From positions 124,001-188,000 of IMG/VR virus record IMGVR_UViG_3300009537_002640: 64,000 nucleotides of DNA. One strand, 5' to 3'. Each line of letters starts with the position of its first letter. The first letter of the stretch is position 1. Below are positions 1-11,700 of this stretch, one piece after another. The notes beneath the pieces were generated by a model. The model did not search any database and was not told the origin of the DNA. It saw only the letters and a list, made by a program, of their open reading frames with translations. Made by a program: the position numbers and the translations under genes.

Positions 1-2055
1 ATGAATGAATGTTCTGGTTCCATTAATCGGTCGAACAATTTGATCCGGCCAGAAGTAAACAGTACGGAAGCTTGTTCCATAATTGGTAGTTATGTTGTAA
101 TCCTGGAGGTCTTCAATGTTACCAGCCAATACTTCTTCTGGGTCATCACCTTGAACACCTTCGATTACACCAACATCTTCTGCTGCAACCAATTCTCGTC
201 CAACCAAAGCTGCGTTGGTAACGCCTGCTTGCGCACCGATAAACAATATACGCTCACGCTGATTAGCTGTATTACTCATTAGCTCAACGTGACTACGACC
301 TGCTTGCTGAATTGCACTGAAGGCCAAGTTTGGTAGAGGGACAACAATCTGGCAATCAATAGCCTCAAGAGCTTCATATGCAGAAGCCCAGTTGTTATCA
401 AAGAAATCAGCATCATCTATATCAATGTAAGATGCTCTGATACCATCTCTACGACGGATAGCTCCGCTGGTTACCAAGTCCTTAGTGAACAGTACCCTGG
501 CAGACTGGTCAGCATTATCTACTAACTCCCATCTCAAGTTAGATAGGCTTGCAGTGAAAGGCAATGTGCCACCAGCACTTGGGTTGGTAAGAGTAACTAT
601 AGTATCATCACCACTTCCGTCTCCGACAGAGGCAATATCATAAACACCTGCAACATCACTTGCATCATTACCGAATTTATCTCTACTTAGAATTCTAATG
701 GATTTTAGAGTGTCGGCTTCGCCTGCTTCGATATTGAAAGATGAGAATGAAGCAGAGTCGGCTGAAAAGGTACTTCCACCAACAGTAGTGACACCATCAT
801 CACCCTCGTCCTCAACTTCACCATCAAGAATTACAGTGTAACTATAGGTGTAGTCTGGACTGTCTACAAAGTTATTGAACGGGTCAGCAGTAATAACTGA
901 ATCGTAGAAACCAACTTTTGTTGGGAACAGCTGAGTCTCTTCTCCAGAATCTCTATCAATCACGAAGAGATTAACCGCAGTATCAGTATCTGGTCTGCCA
1001 TTATCCAGAGTGTAACGGAAAGCATCTAAGTCATCAGATGCGACCGGAGTTCCAACTGGTGGGAAACCTTCCTGCTCATCTGAAAGAGGATCGTCTCTCT
1101 CAATCACCACTTCGCTTGTACGACGTGGTAGGGGTGGTCTTGCCTGAAGCGCAATCAAACCGAATGCGCCGTTCTCAAATGCCATAGCTGCACCGAGTGA
1201 AAGTGTATTATCCTCAGATGGCTGTCCGTGTTTTGCAAACAATGCGTTTGCATCTACGAAGAACTCTGGGTCATACAAATCTTGTGCCGCTATGTATCGT
1301 GCTTCTAGAGTATCTCCTTGCTGCAGAACACCGCTTGCTACACGAATAGTATAGCGGTCCCCACGCTCATAAGGAGTTACGCCCTCTGTAATAGCGATTC
1401 TTAGAATGCCGTTATCTCTCACAACACCGTCGCTTATAAATACAACTGGTGCGCCATAGGCATCGGTAGGTTGGCCAGACTCTGAACCGACTGCGGTAAA
1501 TACAGCATTACCAGAAACAGGGTCACCGTATGCATCGCGAATTACGCTTGTTACACGAAGGGTCCATGTTTCTGTGGGGGCATTTGCATCAATTAGCTCT
1601 AATGTGGAAACAGAACCGTCACCTACATTACTTGAGCCTGGTGCAGCAAATACACCTCCCTGATCTACCAAAGCAGCCCTTTGCAACTCAAATCGTCCTG
1701 TGGTTGGCTCAAGACGTGCGTCGAACCGTCCATCGAATGCATCAAGGTCAATAGTGTCCTCAAGAATCCTTAGTGGGATTCCGTTCTTTAACAGTGATGT
1801 TCTTCGTGGGGTCAAGCTAGTCTTTGATAAGACAAAGTGACGTCCGTCTGGGGCATTCGCTGCCTGATAATTGGGATTTACACCGTCTGCTCCGCCACCT
1901 TCGGCTTCTAGCACGACGGTTTCTTGGGCTTCACCCAATCCGACAATTGCAGCAATACGAAGTCCACCCGGGATGGAAACTGCTCTGCGGATTGTTCGAA
2001 CCCTAGAAAATACGCCTGGTTGGGTAAAACCAGCAATTCCTGGTATGTTGGCCAT
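1..2055 (-). CDS. Tail sheath protein (contractile tail), runs off the left window edge
   Basis: Missing from the ORF track because it has no stop in the window. Manual translation from ATG 2055 (RBS-like AGAGAGGT upstream) gives MANIPGIAGFTQPGVFSRVRTIRRAV..., open for 685 codons. The N-terminal 'PGVF' motif and later 'ALEAIDCQIVVPL...AIQQAGRSHVELMSNTANQRERILFIG' are typical of sheath proteins. Confidence 0.8.
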   Translation of the reverse strand, partial: MANIPGIAGFTQPGVFSRVRTIRRAVSIPGGLRIAAIVGLGEAQETVVLEAEGGGADGVNPNYQAANAPDGRHFVLSKTSLTPRRTSLLKNGIPLRILEDTIDLDAFDGRFDARLEPTTGRFELQRAALVDQGGVFAAPGSSNVGDGSVSTLELIDANAPTETWTLRVTSVIRDAYGDPVSGNAVFTAVGSESGQPTDAYGAPVVFISDGVVRDNGILRIAITEGVTPYERGDRYTIRVASGVLQQGDTLEARYIAAQDLYDPEFFVDANALFAKHGQPSEDNTLSLGAAMAFENGAFGLIALQARPPLPRRTSEVVIERDDPLSDEQEGFPPVGTPVASDDLDAFRYTLDNGRPDTDTAVNLFVIDRDSGEETQLFPTKVGFYDSVITADPFNNFVDSPDYTYSYTVILDGEVEDEGDDGVTTVGGSTFSADSASFSSFNIEAGEADTLKSIRILSRDKFGNDASDVAGVYDIASVGDGSGDDTIVTLTNPSAGGTLPFTASLSNLRWELVDNADQSARVLFTKDLVTSGAIRRRDGIRASYIDIDDADFFDNNWASAYEALEAIDCQIVVPLPNLAFSAIQQAGRSHVELMSNTANQRERILFIGAQAGVTNAALVGRELVAAEDVGVIEGVQGDDPEEVLAGNIEDLQDYNITTNYGTSFRTVYFWPDQIVRPINGTRTFIH

Positions 2056-2155
2056 TTTTACAACCTCTCTCTTGTTGGTAATTTTACCTAACCAGCTTGA
2101 AATCCTACAGGTTTAGGCATGCTTTGGATATACTACCATCTATATCTAATGGCAG

Positions 2156-2166
2156 AATATTAATAG
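2156..2166 (-). promoter_or_regulatory. Putative late promoter motif CTATTAATATT
   Basis: One of six intergenic copies of TA(C/T)TAATA, about 100 nt upstream of the sheath start. Confidence 0.6.
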
Positions 2167-2169
2167 ATT

Positions 2170-2958
2170 TTATAGGATATCAGCTTGCGTTATTTGTTGG
2201 TTTATTGTTAAACCATCAGCAATAGGACCATTTGGCAACGTCCTGAAAGTTAAGCAGATTCCTATCCTTTCACACACATCATGTATCGGTATGCTGACCT
2301 TGAATTCGCTTCTAGCGCTCACATTTACCGATATCATATATAGGTGGTCATTAGCATATTGTGTCTCAGTTTCTGCACCTGTGGACACATCCTTTATATG
2401 GAGCCCTGCCCGCTCCAAATCAATACGCCGAGTCATCATCAGCGTAGAGGTGACTATATCTGTCAGCTCCTCTCTATCCATCTCATTTTCAGCAATAACC
2501 TTCACCTCGAAAGTCTGATCCCACGCGCCAACTAGAGTGTAGGCGTAAGGTGTGTTTATTATTGCCTTATTTCCATAACCGTCCATTATAAGCTCTTTTC
2601 TATATAGAGTATTAAGACGGTTTTGATTGAAGGAGATAGGAACATATCTACTTCCTGTACTTCTAACTATGATAGAAGGATTGAACTTTATATCGTATCT
2701 ATAGGCTGTTCCAATAAAAATACGAGTTGTTTCCTCGTCATCCAATCCAGCCTCAGGGTCTAAACCCAAATGAGATGGGGTCTTTGGGAAACCAAACACA
2801 TCACTAACATACCTGTACTGACGATCACGCGAAAAAATATCACGCAGTGTATCCACCAAGATATTTTTGCCGTGAACAATGCCCGTCTGCTGAACGACAT
2901 TTTCTAAGTCAAATATGTCAGAGATAGCTCTATGGCTACCAATTGGCCCAAATGACAT
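2170..2958 (-). CDS. Virion structural protein, possible tail terminator/completion protein
   Basis: 262 aa immediately upstream of the sheath gene; alpha/beta pattern ('FEVKVIAENEMDREELTDIV'); one DGY. Confidence 0.45.
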   Translation of the reverse strand: MSFGPIGSHRAISDIFDLENVVQQTGIVHGKNILVDTLRDIFSRDRQYRYVSDVFGFPKTPSHLGLDPEAGLDDEETTRIFIGTAYRYDIKFNPSIIVRSTGSRYVPISFNQNRLNTLYRKELIMDGYGNKAIINTPYAYTLVGAWDQTFEVKVIAENEMDREELTDIVTSTLMMTRRIDLERAGLHIKDVSTGAETETQYANDHLYMISVNVSARSEFKVSIPIHDVCERIGICLTFRTLPNGPIADGLTINQQITQADIL

Positions 2959-3599
2959 TATGCCACCTCAATAAAAGATTGCCCTTTTGGTAAAGAACTC
3001 GGTACCTCGAAGTTCTTATTTATAGGCACCAATGCCTGTCCTTTGAAATCTCCCTCATATGAAACGACATATTGTCCTGGAGGAAGCTGACTCATCCAAT
3101 GTCCAGCCCTATTGGTTTTTGTCTCTTTAACTAACTGATCCTTGGCATCAAAAATCTTAACCGCCAAACCTGGAATCGGAACAGTATCTTCTCCATTCTG
3201 CACCAACATTTTGCCCTTACACATTATAGTTGAAGGTTTAGTAGGTGCCTCTGCTGCCACTGCTCTAGCGCCTCTACGTCGAGCATCGGGAGCTAAACCT
3301 TGCTTAGCGCCATCCGAAGACTCAAAGTTGAATCTCATTTTGCCCTGCGTCTCGCTTCTAACCTTTTCGATTTCTCTCTTTACATCATCGCCAATAGATG
3401 TATTGGCTCTGGCAAAATCATTAAACGGCGTACCAGTTGCGCGAGTAACAAGGTCAGCTATCTTGGCAGAATTAGCAATTCTCTTGAGATTCTGGTCTTG
3501 TACCTTTAGCTGGCTCTCTATTCTGTCGAGCCGTTGCAAAATTTCTTCTAGTAAATCTAACCCACTTCTTTCCGTCATTATCTTTCTCTCCCTAAACAT
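2958..3599 (-). CDS. Hypothetical protein: N-terminal coiled coil plus C-terminal carboxypeptidase-regulatory/prealbumin-like beta-sandwich
   Basis: 'PIPGLAVKIFDAKDQLVKETKTNRAGHWMSQLPPGQYVVSY' matches the typical pattern of this beta-sandwich. Confidence 0.55.
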   Translation of the reverse strand: MFRERKIMTERSGLDLLEEILQRLDRIESQLKVQDQNLKRIANSAKIADLVTRATGTPFNDFARANTSIGDDVKREIEKVRSETQGKMRFNFESSDGAKQGLAPDARRRGARAVAAEAPTKPSTIMCKGKMLVQNGEDTVPIPGLAVKIFDAKDQLVKETKTNRAGHWMSQLPPGQYVVSYEGDFKGQALVPINKNFEVPSSLPKGQSFIEVA

Positions 3600-3610
3600 A
3601 TAGTCTAAAA

Positions 3611-6600
3611 TTAGTATGTAAATCTCACTGTTATGCCATAAACTCGAATATTATCTGGGTTAGGCGGGCTTGTCTCAGTATTGCTTATCTCTAAAAAGTA
3701 TTGCTGGTCAAAGCTATCTACTATTTCCCCATCAGCCTCCAGGGTTGTAACAAAATGAGTGGTATCAGAATTACCAGCAGTAATTGCAGATGCATCAGTC
3801 CCATTAGCCGTATTGCTTGCTACATAAGTAAAAGTGCTAAGTATCGCATCTCCGCCGCCATCAACTTGATTGAGGTCTCTCTTAACTCCCTTTATAGTCC
3901 ATCCAGCCGCAGAGTTACCGGTACCTGTGCGCATCAAAATATCTATTCTGGTTATTTGTGCGCCATTTGGTACACCCACTATAGGGAAGTATAACAATCT
4001 AGCACCAGAAAATGCATCTCTTCCCGCTTCCCAATAACTTCCCCCTGCGGTCTTCATGGCCCAGTGCGGTTCATTCTCCCCTGATAATTCTTCATACGAT
4101 GTAACACCAGATGCTGCTGGAAAACTTCGTCTATCCTTCATTCCTAAGTTAAGGCCCAGTAAGTTCGGATTAGGGGTAGCGGTGCCTATGATATTAGCCT
4201 GAGAATCTGTTTCGTAGAATCTGTTACCAGATAGGAAATTATCTTCTACGCCAGAGTGGTTAAATATGATTGCCGCGCCAAAAATAGAATCTTCAGTAGT
4301 ATGGTTATTAGTAATAGTTAATCCAGTAACTGCGGATGCACCAGAATGAAGCGCCGAACTGATGCTGTTTGTACCACCATCAAATGAGTTGCCATTAATC
4401 AAAGAATCAGTCACCGAGTTTAGAAAAATTCCAAAACTTCCCGTAGAGGTATTTCTAGATTCGTTAAAGAACTTGTTGTTAGAAATCAAATGATTGCTAC
4501 CATATATATCAATGAATTTGTAAACAGCATCTCCTGAAAATGTGTTGCCTGCTATCTTGATTCGGTCGCTGGCTGCATTGGCATTAGTGATACAAATAGA
4601 GCCAACTCCGCCGTCGTATCGCATATCGGTAATAGTGTTATCTAGAACGTCTATATCACTTGTTTGAACAAAAATTGCATGCTCTTCAAATGCATATGTG
4701 CCTGTATTGATAGCATTCATAACGTTATTTGCTATCTTACTTCTAGGCCCAGTCCAACGAATTCCCACCTTACCAGGTCCAGTTAGAGTGTTATTGGTTA
4801 TGTTAGACCATGGGGCACTTCCACGAATGTACTGAGCTTCATCACCTAAGTTGTACATAGTATTGTTAGTTATGTTGATGCGCCCATTGGTATTGTTGAA
4901 GACTATACCTCTCTGAACATCGCCGTTTTTGAATACGTTGTTATCTATCTCTGCAAAGTTAACCCTATCTCCTAAAAATACCATCGCCGTATCAGAGCGG
5001 TTCGCACCAGATACTCCAGTATTTAGGATAGAGTTTCTGTGTGCAGAAACATTATCTATGTCGTTCAGGTAAACCCCATAAACGCCATTATCATCCAAAC
5101 GTATACCAGTGATGTAGTTATCTAGTAAGAACAACTGGTCTATATCATTTCCTGTTCCACCATCCACCTCGCTGGTTATTCTGATACCATTAGACATGGC
5201 ATTTTCTGCTGTATGTATGACGCTATTGGCCTCGACTCTAAGAATCTCTATTCCCTCGCGCACATCTACCGCAATACCTCTTAGGTCAGATGGCTGTACT
5301 ACACTTGGAACCTTTACAGTATTGTTTCGTATTCTAACCGAATCTACAGGTCTGGTTAGAGTGCTCACCACTATGCCTTGAGAAATTCCACCGGTACCAG
5401 ATAGATTGGTAATTAAGTTGTCCTCGATTATCAGATTCTCGCAACCCCATAAACTAGATATGCCAGTAAACACCGTATCTATTCTGTTGTTTACAATTCT
5501 AACTCGGTCTTGAGCAGAATTAGCTACTGTAATCCCTACTATTGTGGCATTGCTAGTTACCGCCTCGCCGTATTTCAGGAAACATTTTTCTACATTAACG
5601 TTACCGCCCTGAATAGTTACCAGCCCAGCCTGTAAAGATATAGACTCGCTCTCTATAGCTAGATTCTCCAGCCTATTATTGCCCTCTAGAGTAATGAAGC
5701 TACTACCGCTAAAACTACCAACGCTGTTAAGGATTCGATGCTTACCATCACCACCAAATGGAGTATCACCTAAAATAGATACGCCCTCTGGCACAATGAT
5801 AGCACGACTAGGGGTAACGGTATTCAAAATCTTTATCGTAAGTTTCTCTTTGTTAGGATACTTTGAAGCATAAAGTAAGGCACCCTCTAGACTCCTAAAG
5901 TTTCCAACAACATTATTGGATTCATCTACTATCAATTCAATTTTATCATCTATGTTGTTAATGAATAGTCTTATGTCAGTTACTTGGCTAATTCCACCAT
6001 TTACAAGCGTTACTTCATACAGGGGTAGTAATTTCCCAAAAGCTGCGCTAGATGCATAGCCGTCAAACAACAATTCGCCTATTTCATCACTTACAGCCAT
6101 AAGCGTGCCGTGGTCGTTTATAGCAATTACTCTACGGACATCATTTAGTATATTGCCATCGGAATCGTGTGACTGAACTACGACCTTCTGCGTTTCTACC
6201 GCTATACGTGCACCATTAACATACGCTATACCACCTTGAATTGGCAGAGCTTCCATATTGGATATAGAGTCATAGTATGGTAAATCTAGGATATCAAATC
6301 CACGTGCGACGCCATTAGACCTCAAATCAGATACTGGCTTCTGGCTGAATATCTCTACGAAATCATCTCTTGCTTCCTGGGAGCTTAGATTTCCAAACTG
6401 CCTAGTGTCTGTTACGCTTGTTATACTTAGCGAGCCGTTGAAATGCACAAGAGCTAATTCCATACACTCATCTGAGTTTAGTGGCTCACTTATGGTGAGT
6501 AACTCTAGTCCACCAGGAATAGAACCCGCGCTAACATCAATAACCAAGTAGTCAAGGTTGTTAGGATGATACAGTTTGAACTTCCCTCTAAAATCCTCGT

Positions 6601-8719
6601 GAATTCTTACTGTCTCACCGGCTACCGTGTCATCTATGATATTGAAATTGATATAGCTACTCTGTAGTCCTACCAAAATAGTTGTATCTCCAACAGGGAA
6701 GTTAGGAGTAAGTCCAACTATCTCTACCCCAGAACCTAAGTTGGTACCATATATTAAGCGCTGGTGGGCCTTTACTTCTCCTCTTTCATTAACCAATATC
6801 TGAACTACACCCTGCGAAGTTTCTACACTTGCCAACTCAGACAATGATACGTTAGAGTTAGTAACCTTCACATTAAAGGTTGTGCCAGCAGATGGTGCAT
6901 CTATAGTTTCAGCGCTAAACAGAGATATGCTACTAGAGTTAGACGAAAATAAAGTGTAGCTACCATTAGTGTCTTTAGTAGGATGCCCGGTTACATGTAT
7001 AACAGAGCCACTGGTAATTCCGTACCTAAGAGGATTGATATGTTGCCCAGAAGTAGTGTACAACATAAATGTAGAAACGGCAGAGTCGACCTTGCCATAA
7101 CCATCGAAGGCATTTGCCAAACTACTACGAGATATGCCATTAACAGAGTAGGAGTTATTTTCATTTCCAACTTGTACAGTGCCAGCTAAATTGGCTCCGT
7201 ATGCATCTAAACCTAATGCAAAGTTGCCGCTATAGCCATCAACTATCTCTAGAGTATAATCCTGTCCAACCAAATTGTGAGCTATGGCCAACTCATTTCC
7301 TATCCTGTATGCCGAAATAGGAAAGTGGTGTCCCAGGTCAGGGTCAGAAACAAAAGCGTTAATTCTCTCTGCTACAGAACGAGAGTCAACTGGTTCAGCC
7401 TGATTGGTTTGTAGTCGTTCAAGATTCAAACCAGATATAATCAAATCTCTGGTCTGTTGATTTCCTATGCCAGCCTTAATGGCTATTTCATAACCATCGC
7501 TATTTAGAATGGCGCCATTAAACCCTAAGCTTACCACTCTGGCAGCATTAGGGGGTAGAATAGAAACTGTATCTACTATAGTTTCGTTATTGCGAACTGA
7601 ACATGCTAAAGGGGCAAATTCACTAGAAACAGATGCGGGCTTATAGATGTTTACAATCACACCATCGTCTTGGGCGCGACTTTCTACGAATGTATGGAAT
7701 ACGGCTATTTGATTTTCATCTAGTTCCGGCAGGTCTCCCAAAGTATCACTAGCTGGAAGAGGGCCTACAGCGCGTATCTGATATGTTCCTAAGTCTGCCA
7801 GGTATGTAGGCAGGGCAAGCTCCAGTATGTCTCCCGGCTCAACTCGATAACCAGTAAAGGTAGTGATTCCAGGTATGGTTACAACGCTTGTTCCTTCTGT
7901 GTAATATGCCCCAACCTCTGAATCTACTAGTTTTCTATTGGCATTGAAAAATGTTCCTGAGTTAATATGCTTTAGAATACCATTGGAGTGGAAGTTATCT
8001 ACGTGAGATACACCTAATGCGCCCTGAGTTGCATCTATACTATCTAATGCCGCCTGAACATTTGTAGCATTCCTATCTATATTGATGAAGCTGATAGAGT
8101 TGACACCTATCTCAGATGCAAGGTGCTTAGTAGTATCTGGTAACCCAGTATTTATGTGGGGCACAATGTTGTCTGTGCCGGAAACTAACAGTCCAGCAAG
8201 CTCATTAATAGCATCGCCAACAGTGGTGGCCTCTAATCCAGCTACCCCGACATTGCTACCTACATTTATTTTGATATGGTAACCATCATGAAAATTAGCT
8301 TGTCCAAGTATGTGCAAGTTGAATCCTGCGGTTTGAGAAGATAGCCCCGCAGCAATACCACCGAGGTCTGTAGCCAACGAGCTAATCCTGCCAAACAAAT
8401 ACGATGTTCCATAGTCAAGGTCGAGTTTAGATTCTTTTACACCAGCATTAGCACCAACATGTCTATCAACTACAGGTAATGAAAGTAGTCCTATGTTATC
8501 TAGAGCGCTCTTCTTTATGAAACCATTGGCATCTATAGATACATTGATGCGATCAACAAGACTTGGCTTGTTGCCTTGTATCTTCAATCCCAGTGCACGC
8601 TGAATAGCGAAAACCGCGTCTCTAAGCGAGTTTATAGAATCTCCGCTTATTTCGGTTACGTTTTTATCAACTCTAGGTATTTCAAGATCGCTGTCAAAAT
8701 CATCAGGAAAAACTGTCAT
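3611..8719 (-). CDS. Large virion protein (baseplate/spike) with a C-terminal parallel beta-helix (pectin-lyase-like) region
   Basis: 1702 aa; N-terminal domain paralogous to the 1040-aa and 888-aa proteins; repeated 'IxxNxI' beta-helix coils in the C-terminal half. Confidence 0.7.
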   Translation of the reverse strand: MTVFPDDFDSDLEIPRVDKNVTEISGDSINSLRDAVFAIQRALGLKIQGNKPSLVDRINVSIDANGFIKKSALDNIGLLSLPVVDRHVGANAGVKESKLDLDYGTSYLFGRISSLATDLGGIAAGLSSQTAGFNLHILGQANFHDGYHIKINVGSNVGVAGLEATTVGDAINELAGLLVSGTDNIVPHINTGLPDTTKHLASEIGVNSISFINIDRNATNVQAALDSIDATQGALGVSHVDNFHSNGILKHINSGTFFNANRKLVDSEVGAYYTEGTSVVTIPGITTFTGYRVEPGDILELALPTYLADLGTYQIRAVGPLPASDTLGDLPELDENQIAVFHTFVESRAQDDGVIVNIYKPASVSSEFAPLACSVRNNETIVDTVSILPPNAARVVSLGFNGAILNSDGYEIAIKAGIGNQQTRDLIISGLNLERLQTNQAEPVDSRSVAERINAFVSDPDLGHHFPISAYRIGNELAIAHNLVGQDYTLEIVDGYSGNFALGLDAYGANLAGTVQVGNENNSYSVNGISRSSLANAFDGYGKVDSAVSTFMLYTTSGQHINPLRYGITSGSVIHVTGHPTKDTNGSYTLFSSNSSSISLFSAETIDAPSAGTTFNVKVTNSNVSLSELASVETSQGVVQILVNERGEVKAHQRLIYGTNLGSGVEIVGLTPNFPVGDTTILVGLQSSYINFNIIDDTVAGETVRIHEDFRGKFKLYHPNNLDYLVIDVSAGSIPGGLELLTISEPLNSDECMELALVHFNGSLSITSVTDTRQFGNLSSQEARDDFVEIFSQKPVSDLRSNGVARGFDILDLPYYDSISNMEALPIQGGIAYVNGARIAVETQKVVVQSHDSDGNILNDVRRVIAINDHGTLMAVSDEIGELLFDGYASSAAFGKLLPLYEVTLVNGGISQVTDIRLFINNIDDKIELIVDESNNVVGNFRSLEGALLYASKYPNKEKLTIKILNTVTPSRAIIVPEGVSILGDTPFGGDGKHRILNSVGSFSGSSFITLEGNNRLENLAIESESISLQAGLVTIQGGNVNVEKCFLKYGEAVTSNATIVGITVANSAQDRVRIVNNRIDTVFTGISSLWGCENLIIEDNLITNLSGTGGISQGIVVSTLTRPVDSVRIRNNTVKVPSVVQPSDLRGIAVDVREGIEILRVEANSVIHTAENAMSNGIRITSEVDGGTGNDIDQLFLLDNYITGIRLDDNGVYGVYLNDIDNVSAHRNSILNTGVSGANRSDTAMVFLGDRVNFAEIDNNVFKNGDVQRGIVFNNTNGRINITNNTMYNLGDEAQYIRGSAPWSNITNNTLTGPGKVGIRWTGPRSKIANNVMNAINTGTYAFEEHAIFVQTSDIDVLDNTITDMRYDGGVGSICITNANAASDRIKIAGNTFSGDAVYKFIDIYGSNHLISNNKFFNESRNTSTGSFGIFLNSVTDSLINGNSFDGGTNSISSALHSGASAVTGLTITNNHTTEDSIFGAAIIFNHSGVEDNFLSGNRFYETDSQANIIGTATPNPNLLGLNLGMKDRRSFPAASGVTSYEELSGENEPHWAMKTAGGSYWEAGRDAFSGARLLYFPIVGVPNGAQITRIDILMRTGTGNSAAGWTIKGVKRDLNQVDGGGDAILSTFTYVASNTANGTDASAITAGNSDTTHFVTTLEADGEIVDSFDQQYFLEISNTETSPPNPDNIRVYGITVRFTY

Positions 8720-8732
8720 TTAGTATCACCTT

Positions 8733-11700
8733 TTATAAAACATCACCTACTGATGCCGAAAGTGGAGTGCTCGTGCCATCCACATTAGATATATTACCTG
8801 CTATAGAATAGCTGGAAGTTACAACTCTTACATGATTGAATGATATGGTGGGATTAACTCCTTGCCCAGTGCCACCATCCACAGATGTAGAGTTTAGTAT
8901 TCTTACTCTAGGAACAAAATCGAAAAGTCCATTGTTAGTTATGTGAAGTTGCCCTATTGGAATGGAGACAACATATCTTTCTACCACAGAATTAGATGGC
9001 AAAACGCCTGTAAAAATAGTCTTCACTCGTGCATATTCTTCAGACACGGTTGTGGTAGAGGTTCCTGACTCCACCGCTATTCCTAATTCCACATGCACGG
9101 TACCACTTACTCCAAATGGCTGTGTGCCGGTTGCATCAGCGTACTCTGCTTCAGCAAAAACATTAATGTGAGTCATGCCTACAGATTTAAAAACAGAAGT
9201 CTTTATGGTGTCTGGGTCACTAAACTCAAATCGCCTACTGGAGATGAATGGATTAAGCCCTCCACTAAATCCTCTGGCATGTAGCGTGGTAGTGTCACCA
9301 GCCAGTCCGGTTGGTATGTAAACAAACCCGTCATTGTTTCCAGGGTCGAGGCTTGCTAAATATCCATCGCCATTTGAACTAGATGCGGTGGCTTCTGTGA
9401 AACCCCACATACTGCCTGAAACAGATTCTTCAACCCTATCTATTCTCGCATTCAAGTCTGTTTGTAGGTCTAGAACCCTCTTATCAAGCTTTCCTACAAT
9501 CAGCCGTCTGTCTGTGAAGTAACCATCAAGCTCTGTTCCGGTAGTTTCAAATTGAACTAATGGAACCAGGCCGCGATTATCTCCATACGAATCACCCTCT
9601 GTTAAGTCCTCAAAAGTAAATCCTGGGTCAAACTCATGCTTTAATATGAACTTGCCGTTTCTATCTAATAATAACAAACGAGATGCTGCGCTTAAGTTAT
9701 GTAGTTCTAGTGTTTGAGTTTCTACTTCTACTATGCGCCCGTCGACTAAAGCCCTACCACCCCTAATCCTAAAAGATGTTTGGTCATAATCTACAACGGT
9801 AAAGCCATCTATAACCCCATTGTTTCTGATATATGAAAGAGCCTTTTCCAATGGAGTCTTTGCCAGTGCGTCTTCGGTGCTATTATCAAGTGCGGCACCT
9901 TGAAGGCGTTTGTCTACTACAAACTTCAGCTGTGGTCTATTGCTAGAGATGAAGTTTCCGGCGTGATGCACAGAACCCACATGTAATCTATCTGCCTCTT
10001 TTCCTGAAGTTAATACGTTGAAATTCTCTCTAGCTGTGGATGGTACGTCATGGACTTCAAAAATAGCACTGTGCTTATTGTCAGGAGCATATACTTTCAG
10101 CTGACCCCTATATGTGGCTGACGGAATGGCAACCGGTAGGCCACCAAAGTTATTTTCGTGGAACTGTATCTCGCTATTATCAGTGACTTGCCATTCTACG
10201 TTTGCTGTAGGGAAACCGTCCGACACAGATATAGGTGTAACGCCACTTATGGGCTGATATGAAACCCTCCTACTTTTGGTTACTTTTCCGTAGCCGTCGC
10301 CAACATACTCTACAAAGATATCGAATATTTCTCCATTAGCTGTATTTTCAAAGTTAACAGAGTCGGCTACTATTTCCAGATCGAACTCTCCATTTTGAAT
10401 ATCAGCACTAAGAGTAATAGACTGATTGTTTGGGTAACCTATGATATAGTGAGTTCCGTTATCTGTAGGAGTAGTACTGTGGTTTGTGATGTTAACTAAA
10501 ACCCTACCTTCGTTTCCTATAGTAAGGCCATAGTCAGCCAGGTTGCCCAAGCCTAAAGCCAAAGTGTTTAGTGGCTTAACTATGTGTGAGTGTTTTATTT
10601 TCACCAATGATTGTAAGTCGGTTACCTTAGCACCACCAACAAATCCAGCATGTGCCCCGCCTGGCCATGTAAATACGGTAGATGTGACATCTCCGAAACC
10701 TAACGCTGTAGCAGCTGAGAACTGAACAGTGTTATCTATTTGTATAGTGAACTCTTCACCAGGAATAGTATGAGCTATAGTTAACTGTCCGTTGGTGTTG
10801 TAAGCAGATATTGGGTAGTGGTCTTCACAACCCTGGGCCTTGATGTTAATTGCTTCTACTACTTGGTCTAATGTAATCTCATTTGCTAACAACGCTGATT
10901 CAGACGAGCTGGGTATTAAGGCAGAGAAGTTGACATCTAGAGGGCCGCGATCGACGCCTCCTGCTTGTATCCTTAAAACATTGCTCTGGCCAACTCGCAT
11001 AGCTCTGAAGTCTATGCCTTTACTGGTAACCCTGGCAACATTAGGTCTCATAACCTGCATTACCTGGGTAGATTTGCTCAGTTCAGTTTGGAATATGGTA
11101 GGAGCCAAAGTCGTGTGAGCGAGGTTTCCTTGGTCACCAACTTCTCCTCGGTCATTCAAGCCTATTCCATTTTGATGAAGATTATCTTGGTGGTCTTCTG
11201 AAGTTCCGCTACTCAAGACGTCTAATTCTACCAAAGCCTCTTGAACGTCATCGGCACTGAAATTAATGAACTCATCATTTACAGATATGCCTGATGCCCT
11301 GTGTGCTCCAGTAGTTGATTCTTCGTGTGCAGTGAAAGCATTGTTAACTACGTGTAAGGCTGTTTCTACATCGTCACTACTACGAATAGGGTCCACAAGG
11401 TCAATCATGTAACCATCGTGCCTGTTTCCTAGACCCAAAAAGTGATTAATAGTTTGCGCAGTGAAAGCATTGAATGCTGTACGAAGAGCATCTATGTCAA
11501 TTACATTTGATGTTATTCTTCCACTTAAAGATGCTGTAGAGTAATCCAAATCCAGCTTGCTCTCTAAAACCCCGGCGTTGCTTCCTATATGTACATTCGT
11601 AATTGGAAGTGTAACCAGTCCTCGTTTAGATAATGCTGATGCTTTAATATCACCATTAGCATCTAGAGAACGATTAATACGGTCAACTAAAGTTGCAGTA